DNA of 64,000 nt from Candidatus Cloacimonadales bacterium (GTDB taxonomy: Bacteria; Cloacimonadota; Cloacimonadia; Cloacimonadales; DAONDQ01). Position 1 is the first letter of the stretch, and each line of letters opens with the position of its first letter. The DNA is taken from the NCBI GenBank assembly GCA_963662275.1, contig OY759316.1:2208001-2272000 (forward strand), read 5' to 3'. The notes under the pieces are model-generated. The model saw nothing but the letters and a program-made list of their open reading frames with translations. It searched no databases and was not told where the DNA came from. Both the position numbers and the translations under genes were made by a program. Of the stretch, positions 40,666-51,900 are shown one piece after another.

Positions 40666-42677
40666 ACGATCAAAATCCGAATTCGGAGAAAAAACCTACT
40701 CCCCCATCTTCGAAACCACGGTCTCCCAAAAGATCGCAATCTATCACTTTCTGGCTTGTCATGATCCTGCTAATGGTCATTATTTATGAATATGCCGGAT
40801 TAAGCAAACCCAAGATCATTGAGACAAGTTATACTCAGTTTTATCGAATGGTGGAATTAAAAAAAATAACGAAAGTTCAATTCAATAATAAAGATGTGAA
40901 TTTCCAGGATACGACGAATAAACAATTTCATACCTATCTGGCGACTGAAGATCCGGAACTGGTGAAACAATTAGTTGCCCTGAATATAGATGTCAAATCA
41001 ACCAAGCCATCGCAATGGATGGCGATTTTGATAGGCTGGTTGCCATTTATTCTTCTGATAGGCTTCTGGATATTCATGATGCGAGGTATGAACAGCGGAG
41101 GTAACAAAGCTTTCAGTTTTGGTAAAAGTAGGGCACGTCTCTATGAAGCCGGAAAATCCCAAATCACTTTCAAGGATGTAGCCGGTGTGGATGAAGCAAA
41201 AGAGGAATTGGAGGAAATTGTCCAATTTCTGAAAGACCCTCGCAAATTCCAGCGACTCGGTGGTAGGATTCCTCGCGGCGTGTTACTTGTTGGTCGTCCT
41301 GGAACAGGTAAGACCCTGTTGGCTAAGGCTGTAGCTGGTGAAGCAAAAGTCCCCTTCTATAGTATCAGTGGTTCCGATTTCGTTGAAATGTTTGTAGGTG
41401 TGGGTGCAGCGCGCGTGCGTGATCTTTTTGAACAGGCAAAGAAAAGTGCGCCATGTATTGCCTTTATAGATGAAATAGATGCCGTTGGCAGGCACCGCGG
41501 TACCGGTCTTGGGGGCGGTCATGATGAAAGAGAACAGACTTTGAATCAGTTGCTTGTTGAAATGGATGGATTCGAAATTAACGATTCAGTCATTATCATT
41601 GCAGCAACCAATAGACCTGATATCCTTGATCCGGCTTTACTGCGTCCTGGTCGTTTTGATCGTCAGGTCATGGTTGATCTTCCAGATATTAAGGGGCGTT
41701 TTGAGATATTAAAGGTACATTCTTCCCGTATTCCATTATCGGAGAATGTGAATTTACAGATTATTGCTCGTGGTACTCCCGGATTCAGTGGTGCTGATCT
41801 TGCTAACCTGGTGAATGAAGCAGCTTTGATTGCAGCCGGTAAAAACAAGAAAGCGCTTGAAATGGATGATTTTGAGGAAGCGAAAGATAAAGTAACTTTG
41901 GGAAAAGAAAGGAAAAGCCGCGTCATTGAAGAAGATGAGAAACGTCTCACAGCATATCATGAAGTTGGTCATGTATTATGTTCCATATTCCAGGATAAGA
42001 CTGAACCAGTGCATAAAGTGACAATCATTCCACGTGGTTTTACTGGTGGAGCAACACACTATCTATTAACCGATAAATCCAATTATGCGAAGTCCTATCT
42101 TGACCAGATGCTTGTGACAATGATGGGCGGTAGGGCAGCAGAAGAAATAATCTTTGGTGAATTAACTACCGGTGCCGGCAATGATATTGAAAGAGCAACG
42201 GATATTGCCAAGAAAATGGTCTGCAGTTGGGGTATGAGTGAAAAGATAGGACCTATGACCATTGGTAGAGAACAAGGTGAAATCTTCTTGGGGAAAGAAA
42301 TTGCCCAGCGTGATTTTTATAGTGAAGAGACTGCTCAGCTAGTTGATACAGAAATCCGCAGTCTTATCAATAAGTCCCATGATGCTTCGATTGAAATCCT
42401 CAAAGCTCATCGTAATATCCTTGAAAAGATGTCTTTGGAACTCCTTGATAAAGAGACTTTGAATGCTGATGAAATATTCAGCCTGATTCTTGAATCCATA
42501 GATGATGCTACTCGTCAGATGGTGACGAAGAAGTATGATAAAGCTAAAGAATTACGTTTTGGTATGGAATCTGATTTACCTGATGATTTGCCAACTAACA
42601 CACAACCTGAAACGGATGAAGATAATCCCGGATTATTACCAGAACAACCAAATGATAATAAAGAGCCTATTAGCTAG
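40662..42677 (+). CDS. ftsH: ATP-dependent zinc metalloprotease FtsH
   Basis: Two TM helices, [21 protein letters not shown]. Confidence 0.97.
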   Translation: MNDQNPNSEKKPTPPSSKPRSPKRSQSITFWLVMILLMVIIYEYAGLSKPKIIETSYTQFYRMVELKKITKVQFNNKDVNFQDTTNKQFHTYLATEDPELVKQLVALNIDVKSTKPSQWMAILIGWLPFILLIGFWIFMMRGMNSGGNKAFSFGKSRARLYEAGKSQITFKDVAGVDEAKEELEEIVQFLKDPRKFQRLGGRIPRGVLLVGRPGTGKTLLAKAVAGEAKVPFYSISGSDFVEMFVGVGAARVRDLFEQAKKSAPCIAFIDEIDAVGRHRGTGLGGGHDEREQTLNQLLVEMDGFEINDSVIIIAATNRPDILDPALLRPGRFDRQVMVDLPDIKGRFEILKVHSSRIPLSENVNLQIIARGTPGFSGADLANLVNEAALIAAGKNKKALEMDDFEEAKDKVTLGKERKSRVIEEDEKRLTAYHEVGHVLCSIFQDKTEPVHKVTIIPRGFTGGATHYLLTDKSNYAKSYLDQMLVTMMGGRAAEEIIFGELTTGAGNDIERATDIAKKMVCSWGMSEKIGPMTIGREQGEIFLGKEIAQRDFYSEETAQLVDTEIRSLINKSHDASIEILKAHRNILEKMSLELLDKETLNADEIFSLILESIDDATRQMVTKKYDKAKELRFGMESDLPDDLPTNTQPETDEDNPGLLPEQPNDNKEPIS

Positions 42678-42703
42678 TACTTATCATAACTGTATTAACC
42701 CTC

Positions 42704-42730
42704 ATGGCTGCTATCAGGCAGCCATATTTT
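42704..42730 (+). terminator. Possible intrinsic terminator/hairpin after ftsH
   Basis: ATGGCTGC-tatcag-GCAGCCAT followed by a T-run. Confidence 0.5.
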
Positions 42731-42751
42731 ATGAATCATAGGTAGGATGAA

Positions 42752-43285
42752 ATGGAAAAGTGGATGGGAACGACCATTATTGGTATTCTCAATAATGGTA
42801 AATTAGCTATCGGTGGAGATGGTCAGGTTACCTTGGGAAACACCGTGATAAAGGCTAATGCACAGAAGATTCGCAAATTATATGATGGAAAGATCATTGC
42901 CGGTTTTGCAGGTGCTACTGCTGATGCATTCACACTGTTCGAAAAATTCGAAGAAAAGCTAAAAGCATATAAAGGTAACTTGCGTAAGGCAGCAGTCGAA
43001 TTAGCAAAAGATTGGCGTTCAGATAGAGTTTTAAGGCATTTAGAAGCAATGATCATTGTGGGAGATAAAGATGCACTGCTAATCATTTCCGGAAGCGGTG
43101 ATGTTTTGGAAACGGATGACAATATTGCTGCCATTGGTTCTGGAGGCAGCTACGCACTTGCAGCCGCACGTGCTATGACAAATAAGACAAAGATGAGTCC
43201 TGCTGATATTGTCACTGAATCTCTTCATATAGCCGCAGATATCTGTATCTATACAAATCACCAAATACACGTTGAGGAATTATAA
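42752..43285 (+). CDS. hslV: HslUV protease, peptidase subunit
   Basis: [30 protein letters not shown]. Confidence 0.96.
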   Translation: MEKWMGTTIIGILNNGKLAIGGDGQVTLGNTVIKANAQKIRKLYDGKIIAGFAGATADAFTLFEKFEEKLKAYKGNLRKAAVELAKDWRSDRVLRHLEAMIIVGDKDALLIISGSGDVLETDDNIAAIGSGGSYALAAARAMTNKTKMSPADIVTESLHIAADICIYTNHQIHVEEL

Positions 43286-43287
43286 TC

Positions 43288-44658
43288 ATGATACACCATG
43301 ACCAGCTTACACCAGCCAGGATCGTTTCCGAACTGGATAAATACATTATTGGGCAGGATCGTGCTAAACGTTCGGTTGCCATCGCATTAAGAAACCGATG
43401 GAGAAGACAGCAGATCGTTGGTGATATGCAGCAGGAAATTATACCGAACAATATTATTCTCATCGGTCCAACAGGAGTAGGTAAGACTGAAATAGCCAGG
43501 CGTTTATCCCGTTTAGCAAACGCACCTTTCATTAAAGTGGAAGCTTCAAAATTTACGGAAGTAGGTTATGTCGGTCGTGATGTCGAATCCATGGTGCGTG
43601 AGCTTATGGATATAGCAGTCAACCAGGTAAGAACCGAGATGATGTCAGATGTCCAGGAACTTGCTCTTCAACACGCAAAAGACAGAGTCCTGGATATCCT
43701 GGTTCCCTTGCCTAAGAAACAGCCTAATGGAAAGGATGAATCTGAAACACTAGCAGAACGTCACAGGCGTACCAGAGTCAAGATGGCTAATATGCTTGAA
43801 TTGGGAAAATTAAATGACAGGGATGTTGATATCAAGATAGAAGACCTCCATGAAACCCCGCATGTCGAGATATTTTCCAATATGGGTATGGAACTCATGG
43901 ATTTCAATATCAATGAAATGATGAATAACATCCTTCCTTTTAAGGGTGGTTCGAAAGAAAAGACGAAAAAGATGAAGGTTCCTGAAGCCATCGAACTTCT
44001 TGCGGAAGCTGAAGCAAATAACATGGTTAATAAAGATAAAGTAATTGAAATTGCGAAAGAACTAGTGGAAAACAATGGTATTATTTTCATTGATGAAATT
44101 GACAAGATTGCTTCAACAGATAAATCATCCAATGTTGATGTATCCAGATCAGGAGTACAACGTGACCTTCTTCCTATTGTGGAAGGATCGAACGTTCCAA
44201 CCAAATATGGTATCGTCGACACAGCTCACATACTGTTTATTGCAGCAGGTGCATTCCATGTAGCCAAACCTTCCGATTTAATACCTGAATTGCAAGGTCG
44301 TTTTCCCATCCGGGAAGAATTATCATCTCTTACAAAAGAAGATTTTGAAAGAATACTCATTGAACCGGAGAATGCACTAACAAAGCAATACATAGCTATC
44401 TTTGCTTCCGAAGGAGTGAAACTGTCTTTCGAGAAAAAAGCCATATCTCTTTTAGCGGAATATGCCACTCTGGCAAACGAAAAAATGGAGGATATTGGAG
44501 CTAGGAGACTTCATACCATAATGAACCATCTGTTGGAAGAATACTTATTCGACATGCCTGATAAAACATTTAAGCATGTGATAGTCACACCGAAGATGGT
44601 GAAAGAAAAGCTGAACAAAATTATCCAGAATGAAGATCTCTCGCGTTACATCCTCTAA
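43288..44658 (+). CDS. hslU: HslUV protease, ATPase subunit
   Basis: ALRNRWRR, GPTGVGKTE, GYVG, PELQGRFPIR, C-terminal RYIL. Confidence 0.97.
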   Translation: MIHHDQLTPARIVSELDKYIIGQDRAKRSVAIALRNRWRRQQIVGDMQQEIIPNNIILIGPTGVGKTEIARRLSRLANAPFIKVEASKFTEVGYVGRDVESMVRELMDIAVNQVRTEMMSDVQELALQHAKDRVLDILVPLPKKQPNGKDESETLAERHRRTRVKMANMLELGKLNDRDVDIKIEDLHETPHVEIFSNMGMELMDFNINEMMNNILPFKGGSKEKTKKMKVPEAIELLAEAEANNMVNKDKVIEIAKELVENNGIIFIDEIDKIASTDKSSNVDVSRSGVQRDLLPIVEGSNVPTKYGIVDTAHILFIAAGAFHVAKPSDLIPELQGRFPIREELSSLTKEDFERILIEPENALTKQYIAIFASEGVKLSFEKKAISLLAEYATLANEKMEDIGARRLHTIMNHLLEEYLFDMPDKTFKHVIVTPKMVKEKLNKIIQNEDLSRYIL

Positions 44659-45949
44659 ATTCAAGAATCGCGTTCGCGATACCTTCAGGGCACTCGAAAA
44701 CAGGAATTACCGCTTGTTTTTTGCAGGGCAGGGTGTTTCTCTTATTGGTACTTGGATGCAAAGGACCACGATGGGATGGTTTATCTATCGTATCACCGGT
44801 TCTGCATTCCTATTAGGTTTGATGGGCTTCCTCTCCCAAATACCAATTCTTTTCCTTAATCCTTTTGCAGGTGTCATCGCAGATAGGTACAATAGAAGAA
44901 CGATACTCATTTTCACTCAAATCGCATTTACAATCCAAGCGAGTATTCTATCAATACTTGTCCTGACTAATACGTATAAGATATGGATGCTGCTTACTTT
45001 GGCAGTTTTCCAGGGAATGATTGATTCATTTGATGGACCTGTGCGGCAATCCTTTGTTGTAGATATGGTAGAAAATAAAAAGTACATCACGAATGTTATC
45101 GCTTTGAATTCAGCTATGTTCAATATCGCTCGCTTAATTGGACCTTCTGTTGCGGGAATTCTGATCATCAAATTAAGCGAAGGTTATTGTTTTGCTATTA
45201 ATGCGATTAGTTATATAGCTGTTATTATATCATTGCTATTAATGAAGATAACTCCTAAAGTAATTCAAGTAAGCAAGCGTAAATTCATTACCCACATCAG
45301 GGAAGGTTGGAAGTACACTTTCAAGCATCCTATTCTTAAACATTTAATACTAAACATTGCGGTATTTACTTTATTAGCCATGTCTTATACAACCTTATTA
45401 CCTATATTTGCTAAAGATATTCTCCATGGTAATTCCAAGACCATGGGATTACTAATGTCCATGGCAGGTGTAGGTGCGTTGATTGGTGCCCTATATCTTG
45501 CATCACGCAAGACATTAAAAGGATTAGTAACAAAAATGCTAGTAGGTGGTTGTGTAGTTGGCATAACTTTACTGATCTTTTCACAATCACATATATTTGC
45601 TTTAAGCTTTATCCTCATGTTTTTTATAGGTATCGGTATGATGATGCAGATGGCTGTCAGCAATTCGCTCATTCAAACACTTGTTGATGATGATAAGCGT
45701 GGAAGGGTGATGAGCCTGTATATGATGTCTTTGATGGGAGTATCACCTTTCGGCAGTTTTCTTGTCGGATCAGCAGCAAGCCGATTCACAGCCCCGAAAA
45801 CAATGACGGTTTGTGCGTCTTTGCTATTGATCTGGATTATTTATTCTGCAATAAAAATGACGAAAATGAGAGGATTGATCAACACCTCAATACAAAATAA
45901 GTTAGAAAAAGAAGAAGTCCGTTCCTATCAATTAAAAACCCCAAATTAA
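44630..45949 (+). CDS. MFS transporter
   Basis: ~12 TM helices, 'NYRLFFAGQGVSLIGTWMQ', GVIADRYNRR. Confidence 0.9.
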   Translation: MKISRVTSSKFKNRVRDTFRALENRNYRLFFAGQGVSLIGTWMQRTTMGWFIYRITGSAFLLGLMGFLSQIPILFLNPFAGVIADRYNRRTILIFTQIAFTIQASILSILVLTNTYKIWMLLTLAVFQGMIDSFDGPVRQSFVVDMVENKKYITNVIALNSAMFNIARLIGPSVAGILIIKLSEGYCFAINAISYIAVIISLLLMKITPKVIQVSKRKFITHIREGWKYTFKHPILKHLILNIAVFTLLAMSYTTLLPIFAKDILHGNSKTMGLLMSMAGVGALIGALYLASRKTLKGLVTKMLVGGCVVGITLLIFSQSHIFALSFILMFFIGIGMMMQMAVSNSLIQTLVDDDKRGRVMSLYMMSLMGVSPFGSFLVGSAASRFTAPKTMTVCASLLLIWIIYSAIKMTKMRGLINTSIQNKLEKEEVRSYQLKTPN

Positions 45950-46490
45950 AAACCGGTAGAACTGAAAAGAAAACAGACTTTTCACGATAGATCAATTGTG
46001 ATTGAATGGAAGAAAAGAAAGCTGAGAAAGCAGATGGAATTCACTGAAAACTGCTTGAAAAATCTCTTAGCATGTGAGAGATTGGTGAGTGGATCCTGAG
46101 GGAATTAAGAATTAGACTCTGTGGAAAAAAGTAGCTAAGGAATACTGGAGTCCAAATCGCCACCGTGACTTGTTGATAATCGATTAAATATTAGCAATAC
46201 GGACTTTTCATGAAAGCTAAGAGTTTGGAGTTCAAATGCCCTAAACAAATTATCATTGAATACTTAACTAAAAGGGCATTCGGACTTCAAAATCGACCTT
46301 TCATTCTCGGTAGCGAAAATCATTTTCTGGGAAGTTCAGTATTCCAATTACCTGAACAATTGATTATTATCACTTTAAATTCGTTTATTTTCGCTAATGC
46401 CAAAGTCCGCAATTCCTATAAATTGGCAGTAGTATGGTTGTTTTCGTAGGAATTTTGAACTCCGGCATGCGTGTCTACAGAAGGTGCTCC

Positions 46491-47189
46491 CTACTCCCTA
46501 TTAACTCTAGCCTTTTTCGATATTGCCTTAACAGGGCAACCGGCAAAATCATCATTATTCCCGTTACGGCAAATTCCGCAATGGATACATTTACTAAGGT
46601 CAATCAAAGCCTTGTTGTCGATGAATTGAATTGCTCCCACGGGGCAATGTGATACACATAACTGACACCCAATACAAATTGAAGGATCAACTTTATAATC
46701 GAAATCTTGTGGTTGTTCAATTGCGTTTTGTTTTATAGGTGCGGTGTTCTTCACTTGCTTTTTTGCTGGAGCAATCCCGGTTATAGACATCGGTTTTATT
46801 GTGCTGTTTGAATCAGAATTAACTTTCACCCCTTGATTGATCACAACCTTTATATTTGCTGAAGTTTTCGTAACATCGGGAGATGTATCTTGAACGGGTG
46901 CTTTGTGTATAACAGGTGATGATGTGCTTTCAGGTCCAAATGCTCCGACCGGACAACCCTTGTAATTTAACTGGTTACCTACCTGGCATAACTTACATCC
47001 AATACAAGTTTCCCGATCGATTACTGCCTTACCAAAATGAATGTGGATCGCATTTACAGGGCATACTTTCGTTTCGCAGCAATATCCGCAGGTAATGCAT
47101 TTCTTTTGATCAACACGGTATTTGATCATCTGGCTGTAACTAATGATGATCATAAAAGTGAGTAATACTGCAAGTATTGATTTCTTCAC
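46491..47189 (-). CDS. Duplicated 4Fe-4S ferredoxin-domain protein with N-terminal signal/anchor
   Basis: GTG start overlapping the upstream TGA; four CxxCxxC...CP motifs in two modules separated by a linker. Confidence 0.8.
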   Translation of the reverse strand: MKKSILAVLLTFMIIISYSQMIKYRVDQKKCITCGYCCETKVCPVNAIHIHFGKAVIDRETCIGCKLCQVGNQLNYKGCPVGAFGPESTSSPVIHKAPVQDTSPDVTKTSANIKVVINQGVKVNSDSNSTIKPMSITGIAPAKKQVKNTAPIKQNAIEQPQDFDYKVDPSICIGCQLCVSHCPVGAIQFIDNKALIDLSKCIHCGICRNGNNDDFAGCPVKAISKKARVNRE

Positions 47190-47980
47190 TGCATTTTCCG
47201 GTAGGGACATACATTACATTCAGCTAATGCATCTTTTTTTGGACATCTATCAATACAAATCTGGCAGTGAATACAATTAGGATTCTTAACCAGTTCCACA
47301 TCCTTGATCTCAATATTCATGGGACACATCCGATTACAAGCTCCGCAATCAATACAAACTTCCATGTTTCTTAAGACCATTTTTCTTTTAAAACCTATGA
47401 AACCAAATACATATTGAAGAATATTCATCAAAGCACCATACGGGCATAAATAACGACACCAAATCCTTTCCGTAAGCAATGTGCCAAGAAAGAGAATTGC
47501 CAGCGTAACAACGCCTGCGAGAGTCATTTGAATCGGATAGGAAACAACCATGACGGGACAGAACTTCATGTACAGATAAGAAAAACCGAATAATCCACCT
47601 GCCAGGGTTATTAAAAAGACTAGATATTTTATCCACATGATCTTTTTATCAATAAAATGAGGAACTCGTTTTGTCAGACGGTATTTCTGATGACGGGTCA
47701 TAAAAAGCAATTCCTGGATTGTACCAAAGACACATACATGTGAACAGAACCATCTTCCCCAGAATATTGCGGATAAGGCGATCAGGAATCCAATAATCAT
47801 GGTCATGGGATACATGAGATAAGGTAGAATCTTATGAAGTCCGATAGTGCCGAAACACACGTTTGCATAAGGACAAAACTTATGGGCAATCTCGAATGTC
47901 CCTGCCATCAATAGGACAAATAAGAGAAGCTGAATGCCTAAAAAGAAGAATTGTATTTTATTACGAGTATCCTGGTACAT
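47186..47980 (-). CDS. Membrane 4Fe-4S-binding protein (NapH/MauN/YccM-like)
   Basis: GRWFCSHVC, WCRYLCPYG, two CxxCxxCxxxCP motifs, TM helices. Confidence 0.85.
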   Translation of the reverse strand: MYQDTRNKIQFFFLGIQLLLFVLLMAGTFEIAHKFCPYANVCFGTIGLHKILPYLMYPMTMIIGFLIALSAIFWGRWFCSHVCVFGTIQELLFMTRHQKYRLTKRVPHFIDKKIMWIKYLVFLITLAGGLFGFSYLYMKFCPVMVVSYPIQMTLAGVVTLAILFLGTLLTERIWCRYLCPYGALMNILQYVFGFIGFKRKMVLRNMEVCIDCGACNRMCPMNIEIKDVELVKNPNCIHCQICIDRCPKKDALAECNVCPYRKMQ

Positions 47981-47994
47981 ACATCAGCTTTCAT

Positions 47995-48228
47995 TTATAA
48001 GCAGGTGGTTTCTTCTGTATCTTCTGTGTAATGAAGCTTAAATTCTTCCATAAACCTGGCAGCATCGATATCACGTAAGCTGATTTTTTCTATATAATCG
48101 TTATGATTCATGGTAACAGCCAAAGAGAATTTAAGATCTATGTATGAATAAGGTTTCACAAATTTCTGAACATACATCACCTTATCAAAAGGAATTATAT
48201 AAAGATCATTTTCAAAATAAGCCTTCAT
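47995..48228 (-). CDS. Small hypothetical protein
   Basis: GGGAG RBS before ATG; co-oriented upstream of the ferredoxin genes. Confidence 0.5.
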   Translation of the reverse strand: MKAYFENDLYIIPFDKVMYVQKFVKPYSYIDLKFSLAVTMNHNDYIEKISLRDIDAARFMEEFKLHYTEDTEETTCL

Positions 48229-48514
48229 CGATACTCCCATTTCTATTTTTGTAAAGTTCTAATGCATAACACATTCCATTACTCATTAATTTTCGGTCAA
48301 GAGAGATTTACAGAAGGTATTTGGACACACTACTATGAAATGGATAAAAACCTGCCCAATATGTTAATTATTGATGATAATAATCCGTAATGCCAGTGTA
48401 CGAATCGATAAATAAATTGAAATATTGACATCATATCCAATTCATTATCATAGGAATAGATTATTAAAAGCAGGATCGTTGTCCTGCTCTACATTTTAGT
48501 ATTAAGGAGCGTAT

Positions 48515-49864
48515 GTGGATAAGATTTATGTATTAGATACAAACGTATTAATTCACAATCCCAATGCCCTATTTTCATTTGGAACACATCGAGTTGTTGT
48601 ACCAATCGTTGTCATTGAAGAAATTGATCAGTTTAAGAAGGGCGTTGATGAAAAAGGTAGGAATGCCCGACAAGTAGGTCGTTATCTCGATGCATTACGT
48701 GAACAGGGTAGTTTACAGGAAGGTGTGGAGAATGAGCAGGGTGGAATTATCCAGGTTACGGTTAAGAATAGTTTCACTGAAGATTCAAACAACTTGTTCT
48801 TCAGTGATAAAAATGATAACCTGATCATTGGAACAGCTCTCTATTTCAAGGAAGCCTATCCAACTGCACAAGTGATCCTGGTCTCCATGGATACAAATGT
48901 CCGTATTAAAGCAGATTGTGTGGGAATTAATGCAGAAAGCTTTGAAAACGATGCTGTGAAATTTGATGAACTCTATACAGGTGTCGATAATCTTGTTGTT
49001 TCTGCTGAAGCACTTCAACATATGGAAGAGAATAACTTCTTGGAAAATACATATAAGGATTTTTATCCAAATCAATTTATCCGATTACTCGATGCTGAAG
49101 AAAACCCAAGCAGGATTATCGTTACTCGTTACGATTTAAAATCAAAGTCATTCCATCCTTTTTCCTTCTATAAAGGACAATCCGTGTTTGGTATCATGGC
49201 ACGCAACCAGGAACAGGCAATGGCATTAGAACTTCTATTGGATGATAACGTAAAAATGGTTTCTCTTTCAGGTATTGCAGGAACCGGGAAAACTCTTCTC
49301 GCCATGGCAGCCGGTCTTCATAAAGTGATTGAGGAGAACAAATATACCAGGCTTGTGATATCTCGCCCCATCTCTCCCATGGGAAAAGATTTGGGTTATC
49401 TACCGGGTACAAAATCAGAAAAGTTCAATCCCTGGATGCAGCCTATCTATGATAATATGGATATACTTATTATGCAGCATAGTGAGAATGACCCAAGTGA
49501 TAGCGGTCGTCTCTTCGGTAAAAAGAAAGCGACACTTCAAGACTATCTCGATTATGAATTCATAGAATTAGAACCTCTCACGTATATCCGAGGACGTAGT
49601 CTTCCCAACCAGTTTATGATTATTGATGAAACTCAGAATTTAACACCTCATGAAATGAAGACCATAATTACACGAGCTGGGGAAGGAACAAAGATAGTAC
49701 TGACCGGTGACCCATATCAAATTGATATCCCTTACCTTGATTCTGAAAGTAATGGCTTAAGTGTTGCTGTGGAGAAGCTGAAAGGTGAAGAAATCATAGG
49801 GCATGTTACACTGGAGAAAGGTGAACGCTCAGTGCTTGCAGATATTGCGGCAAAGTACTTTTAA
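48515..49864 (+). CDS. PIN-PhoH family protein (PhoH2/YlaK-like)
   Basis: YVLDTNV PIN start, GIAGTGKT, YIRGRS, IDETQN, LTGDPYQID. Confidence 0.92.
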   Translation: MDKIYVLDTNVLIHNPNALFSFGTHRVVVPIVVIEEIDQFKKGVDEKGRNARQVGRYLDALREQGSLQEGVENEQGGIIQVTVKNSFTEDSNNLFFSDKNDNLIIGTALYFKEAYPTAQVILVSMDTNVRIKADCVGINAESFENDAVKFDELYTGVDNLVVSAEALQHMEENNFLENTYKDFYPNQFIRLLDAEENPSRIIVTRYDLKSKSFHPFSFYKGQSVFGIMARNQEQAMALELLLDDNVKMVSLSGIAGTGKTLLAMAAGLHKVIEENKYTRLVISRPISPMGKDLGYLPGTKSEKFNPWMQPIYDNMDILIMQHSENDPSDSGRLFGKKKATLQDYLDYEFIELEPLTYIRGRSLPNQFMIIDETQNLTPHEMKTIITRAGEGTKIVLTGDPYQIDIPYLDSESNGLSVAVEKLKGEEIIGHVTLEKGERSVLADIAAKYF

Positions 49865-49866
49865 AT

Positions 49867-51765
49867 ATGGATAATACTATGCAAGATCGAAGTTGGACAG
49901 AAATCAATCTTAGTCATTTTGCCCATAATCTGAAGCAATTAAAGACTTTTCTTCCTGATAACACTTCTTTTATGCAAATCGTAAAAGCTGATGCGTATGG
50001 TCATGGTGCATTTGAAATAGCTCAAATAGCCATTCGTGAAGGTGCTTCCTTCCTTGGTGTAGCAAATGCAGAAGAAGGTGCATTACTAAGGTATAAGGGG
50101 ATCTCTATACCCATTTTGATCCTTTCTCCTTCATTGGTTGCAGAAATTCCCATTATTCTTGATAATAATCTACTTTGTACGATCTCTGATCTTTCTTTTG
50201 CAGATACTTTGCATTTGGCAGCACTGGAAACAGGGAAGGTTGCATCTGTGCATATCAAACTAGACACTGGTATGCACCGCAATGGCTTTCCTTGTATTGA
50301 AATCCAGAGAGCATTCGAGGTCTTATCTAATTTGAAAAGCTTGGATATCAATGGAATCTATTCTCATTTTGCTGCCAGTGAAAATGATGAAAATTTTACA
50401 AAACAGCAGGTTAAATTATTTGAATCTTGCCTGGATGAACTTCCCCAAAGACCTAAATATATCCATATCTCGAACAGCGCTGCTGTACTAACTTTCAATA
50501 CTACTACCACAAATTTAGTTAGATTCGGTTTATTAAGCTATGGTATCTATTCAAATTATTCTCAGCAAACAAGAGTTAATCTCAAGCCTGTCATGATTTT
50601 TAAAACGAAAATAAGTTTGCTTAAGGTATTGTCCCAAGGAGATAGTGTTGGATATAATCGAACTTTTTATGCGCATCAGGATATGAGAATTGCCATATTA
50701 CCTGTTGGCTATGCAGATGGTTATGATTATATGCTTTCGAATAAGGGCTGTGTTTTACTAAATCATAAATTATGTCCCGTTATCGGTAAGATCAGCATGG
50801 ATATGATTGCTATTGATGTCTCTCACGTAGATGATGTCCAGGTCGGACAGGAAGTTATTCTCCTCGGGGGTGAATGTGAAGAGCTGAGAGCAGAAAATCT
50901 TGTCGCTCTCTACCAGGGAAATCCTTACGAATTGTTATGCCAGATTGGTAGAAGAGCTAAGCGTTATTACTATGAAAATGACAGTTTAGTATCCAGTTCT
51001 CCCCTACTCCGCAGGGAATTTGTATCTCATGACTTCACTGACCAGAAGTTATCGACAATCATTGAATCTGCTCTTTCACAAAGGTTGCAAAGCAAGGAGC
51101 TGTCTTCTCTTATCGTTCATGATATTCTCAAAATGTTCTTTTTCAATCGTGACAGGAATATTCATTATCGTCAGCAATTTGAACATGAGATTTCATTCAG
51201 AGAAAATCAGGAAGTATCCCGAGCAGATTATTTCCTAACTGATACCAGGCTTTCATATCGAAAAGTACTTCAGAATGATTATTTTATTGTTGCCTGTGCT
51301 AATAATTCGAAAACATTGGATAAGTATTTTAGAAGACAAGATATTGAATATAGATGGCTTATAGATGAGAATTTCAATTTAGACAAGGATAGTTTTAATG
51401 TAACATCCGTTAAAGTTAATGATCTTGATTTAATAGTCACAAACCAAGTAAAGGATGGATGCCTGGAAATTCATTGTACGCATGAAGCACTTAAGAATCT
51501 TGTTGGACAGGAAGTAGTATTTTCTATTGAGACTCAAACCTACTATTCTCGTCTTTCTCATCAATTAAGTATCTTTATCAATGACCTGACTCGAGGTGTG
51601 AGTGTGCGATTCAACTTCCCTTCTTACCTGGAGGTCGAAGCTATCCCTATTTTTGCAGGACAAAACAAGTTTCCAAAAATTGATGCTGATGATAATAACA
51701 TAAGAGTCTATTCAAATCAAGACGAATGGATATTCCCTCAAAGCGGTATTGTGTTTGCATACTAG
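49867..51765 (+). CDS. alr: Alanine racemase with ~260-aa C-terminal extension
   Basis: VKADAYGHG, HIKLDTGMHR, SHFA, GYADG, SMD; extra domain after 'RAKRYY'. Confidence 0.88.
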   Translation: MDNTMQDRSWTEINLSHFAHNLKQLKTFLPDNTSFMQIVKADAYGHGAFEIAQIAIREGASFLGVANAEEGALLRYKGISIPILILSPSLVAEIPIILDNNLLCTISDLSFADTLHLAALETGKVASVHIKLDTGMHRNGFPCIEIQRAFEVLSNLKSLDINGIYSHFAASENDENFTKQQVKLFESCLDELPQRPKYIHISNSAAVLTFNTTTTNLVRFGLLSYGIYSNYSQQTRVNLKPVMIFKTKISLLKVLSQGDSVGYNRTFYAHQDMRIAILPVGYADGYDYMLSNKGCVLLNHKLCPVIGKISMDMIAIDVSHVDDVQVGQEVILLGGECEELRAENLVALYQGNPYELLCQIGRRAKRYYYENDSLVSSSPLLRREFVSHDFTDQKLSTIIESALSQRLQSKELSSLIVHDILKMFFFNRDRNIHYRQQFEHEISFRENQEVSRADYFLTDTRLSYRKVLQNDYFIVACANNSKTLDKYFRRQDIEYRWLIDENFNLDKDSFNVTSVKVNDLDLIVTNQVKDGCLEIHCTHEALKNLVGQEVVFSIETQTYYSRLSHQLSIFINDLTRGVSVRFNFPSYLEVEAIPIFAGQNKFPKIDADDNNIRVYSNQDEWIFPQSGIVFAY

Positions 51766-51900
51766 GGGCTAAGCACAGAGAAGAGAAAATAACGCAATTT
51801 GTGAATATAGAAACACCAAATTGATTTTAGTGGTTATCAAATTACTTTCAACTTCTGCTCTGATCTAACACCTAGAACCTAGAGCCTAGCACCTACGAAA

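Noticed and set aside
43761..44222. 153-aa ORF and similar short ORFs inside housekeeping genes
   Set aside because: Antisense or alternative-frame shadows of hslU and other conserved genes
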